From positions 124,001 to 188,000 of the IMG/VR virus record IMGVR_UViG_3300029993_000005: a stretch of DNA of 64,000 nucleotides; one strand, written 5' to 3'. The translations under genes and the position numbers were made by a program. Shown here piece by piece: positions 63,606 to 64,000 of the stretch (positions are counted from its first letter, which is position 1; each line of letters opens with the position of its first letter). A model generated the notes under the pieces. It saw nothing but the letters and a program-made list of their open reading frames with translations, was not told the DNA's origin and searched no databases.

Positions 63606-64000
63606 ATGGCCCGATTAGTTAGCCTGAAAGCAGAGTTAGCAGTGCTTAGAGGTATGTGTAGCAAGAATAAAAAGATAGCGGGGGCCCTACTCTCAAATAC
63701 AGACGAATCATATTTTTACTCAGAAGAAAGTGTAGAACTCTACCAGGCAATCAAGCGGCATATGCATGAATCGGGGACAGCCCCCAGCTACAGACTGCTT
63801 ATTGAAGACCCGGAAATCAGTGAAGACGCAAGATCCCACATGCGGGATAGCCAGGCATCAGTGCTAACTGTTGAAGACGCTGATAAAGCTGCACGCATCC
63901 TCAACCGTTATCGTCAGACACGTGGACTCTTCAACTTAGCCTCCCACATCAATGATGCGATGAAGGGTTCCCGTCTCAATATTGATAACCTGTTAGAGGA
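63606..64000 (+). CDS. DnaB-like replicative helicase N-terminus (partial, runs off window)
   Basis: LKAELAVLRGM...DESYFYSEESVELYQAI resembles the DnaB N-domain; RBS AAGG. Confidence 0.6.
   Translation, partial: MARLVSLKAELAVLRGMCSKNKKIAGALLSNTDESYFYSEESVELYQAIKRHMHESGTAPSYRLLIEDPEISEDARSHMRDSQASVLTVEDADKAARILNRYRQTRGLFNLASHINDAMKGSRLNIDNLLE

Noticed and set aside
1-64000. Genome-wide stop-codon reassignment
   Set aside because: TAA, TAG and TGA all end well-formed genes with coupled downstream starts; in-frame interruptions are confined to 62.8-63.4 kb.
1-64000. tRNA or rRNA genes
   Set aside because: No cloverleaf with T-loop GTTCGA and acceptor stem was recognised in the intergenic gaps; a tRNAscan run would confirm.

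Overview
A 64-kb segment of a large (jumbo-type) contractile-tailed dsDNA phage genome. It loosely resembles the RSL1/Lu11-like myoviruses, which is an inference from protein style and gene order, not a search result. 1-7.6 kb is a head/mobile-element hotspot. A portal-like gene there is fractured by a naturally SPLIT INTEIN: IntN 3251-3625 and IntC 5564-5680 lie in separate ORFs. Between them is a free-standing Vsr-like endonuclease/Mom-like GNAT fusion gene, and a paralogue of that nuclease lies directly upstream of the portal. An unannotated ORF-less group IA2 intron (about 7137-7479) interrupts a small gene. 7.9-25 kb (+) is the tail tube/tape-measure/baseplate operon (gp26-like, SLT, LysM, hub, spike, PAAR, gp25, gpJ/gp6, gpI-like, tail fibre). 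25-48.7 kb (mostly -) is a large modular tail-fibre/adhesin cluster, a lysis cassette (holin, two paralogous bitopic proteins, GH19 endolysin) and a + strand 5'-3' exonuclease island. 48.7-64 kb (+) holds replication/recombination genes (Cas4-like nuclease, DnaX-like clamp loader, SbcC/gp46-like ATPase, beta-clamp-like, SF2 helicase, DnaC-like, a stop-interrupted DNA adenine methyltransferase, and the start of a DnaB-like helicase). No tRNA, rRNA or CRISPR array was seen. All family assignments come from motif recognition by eye, not from database searches.
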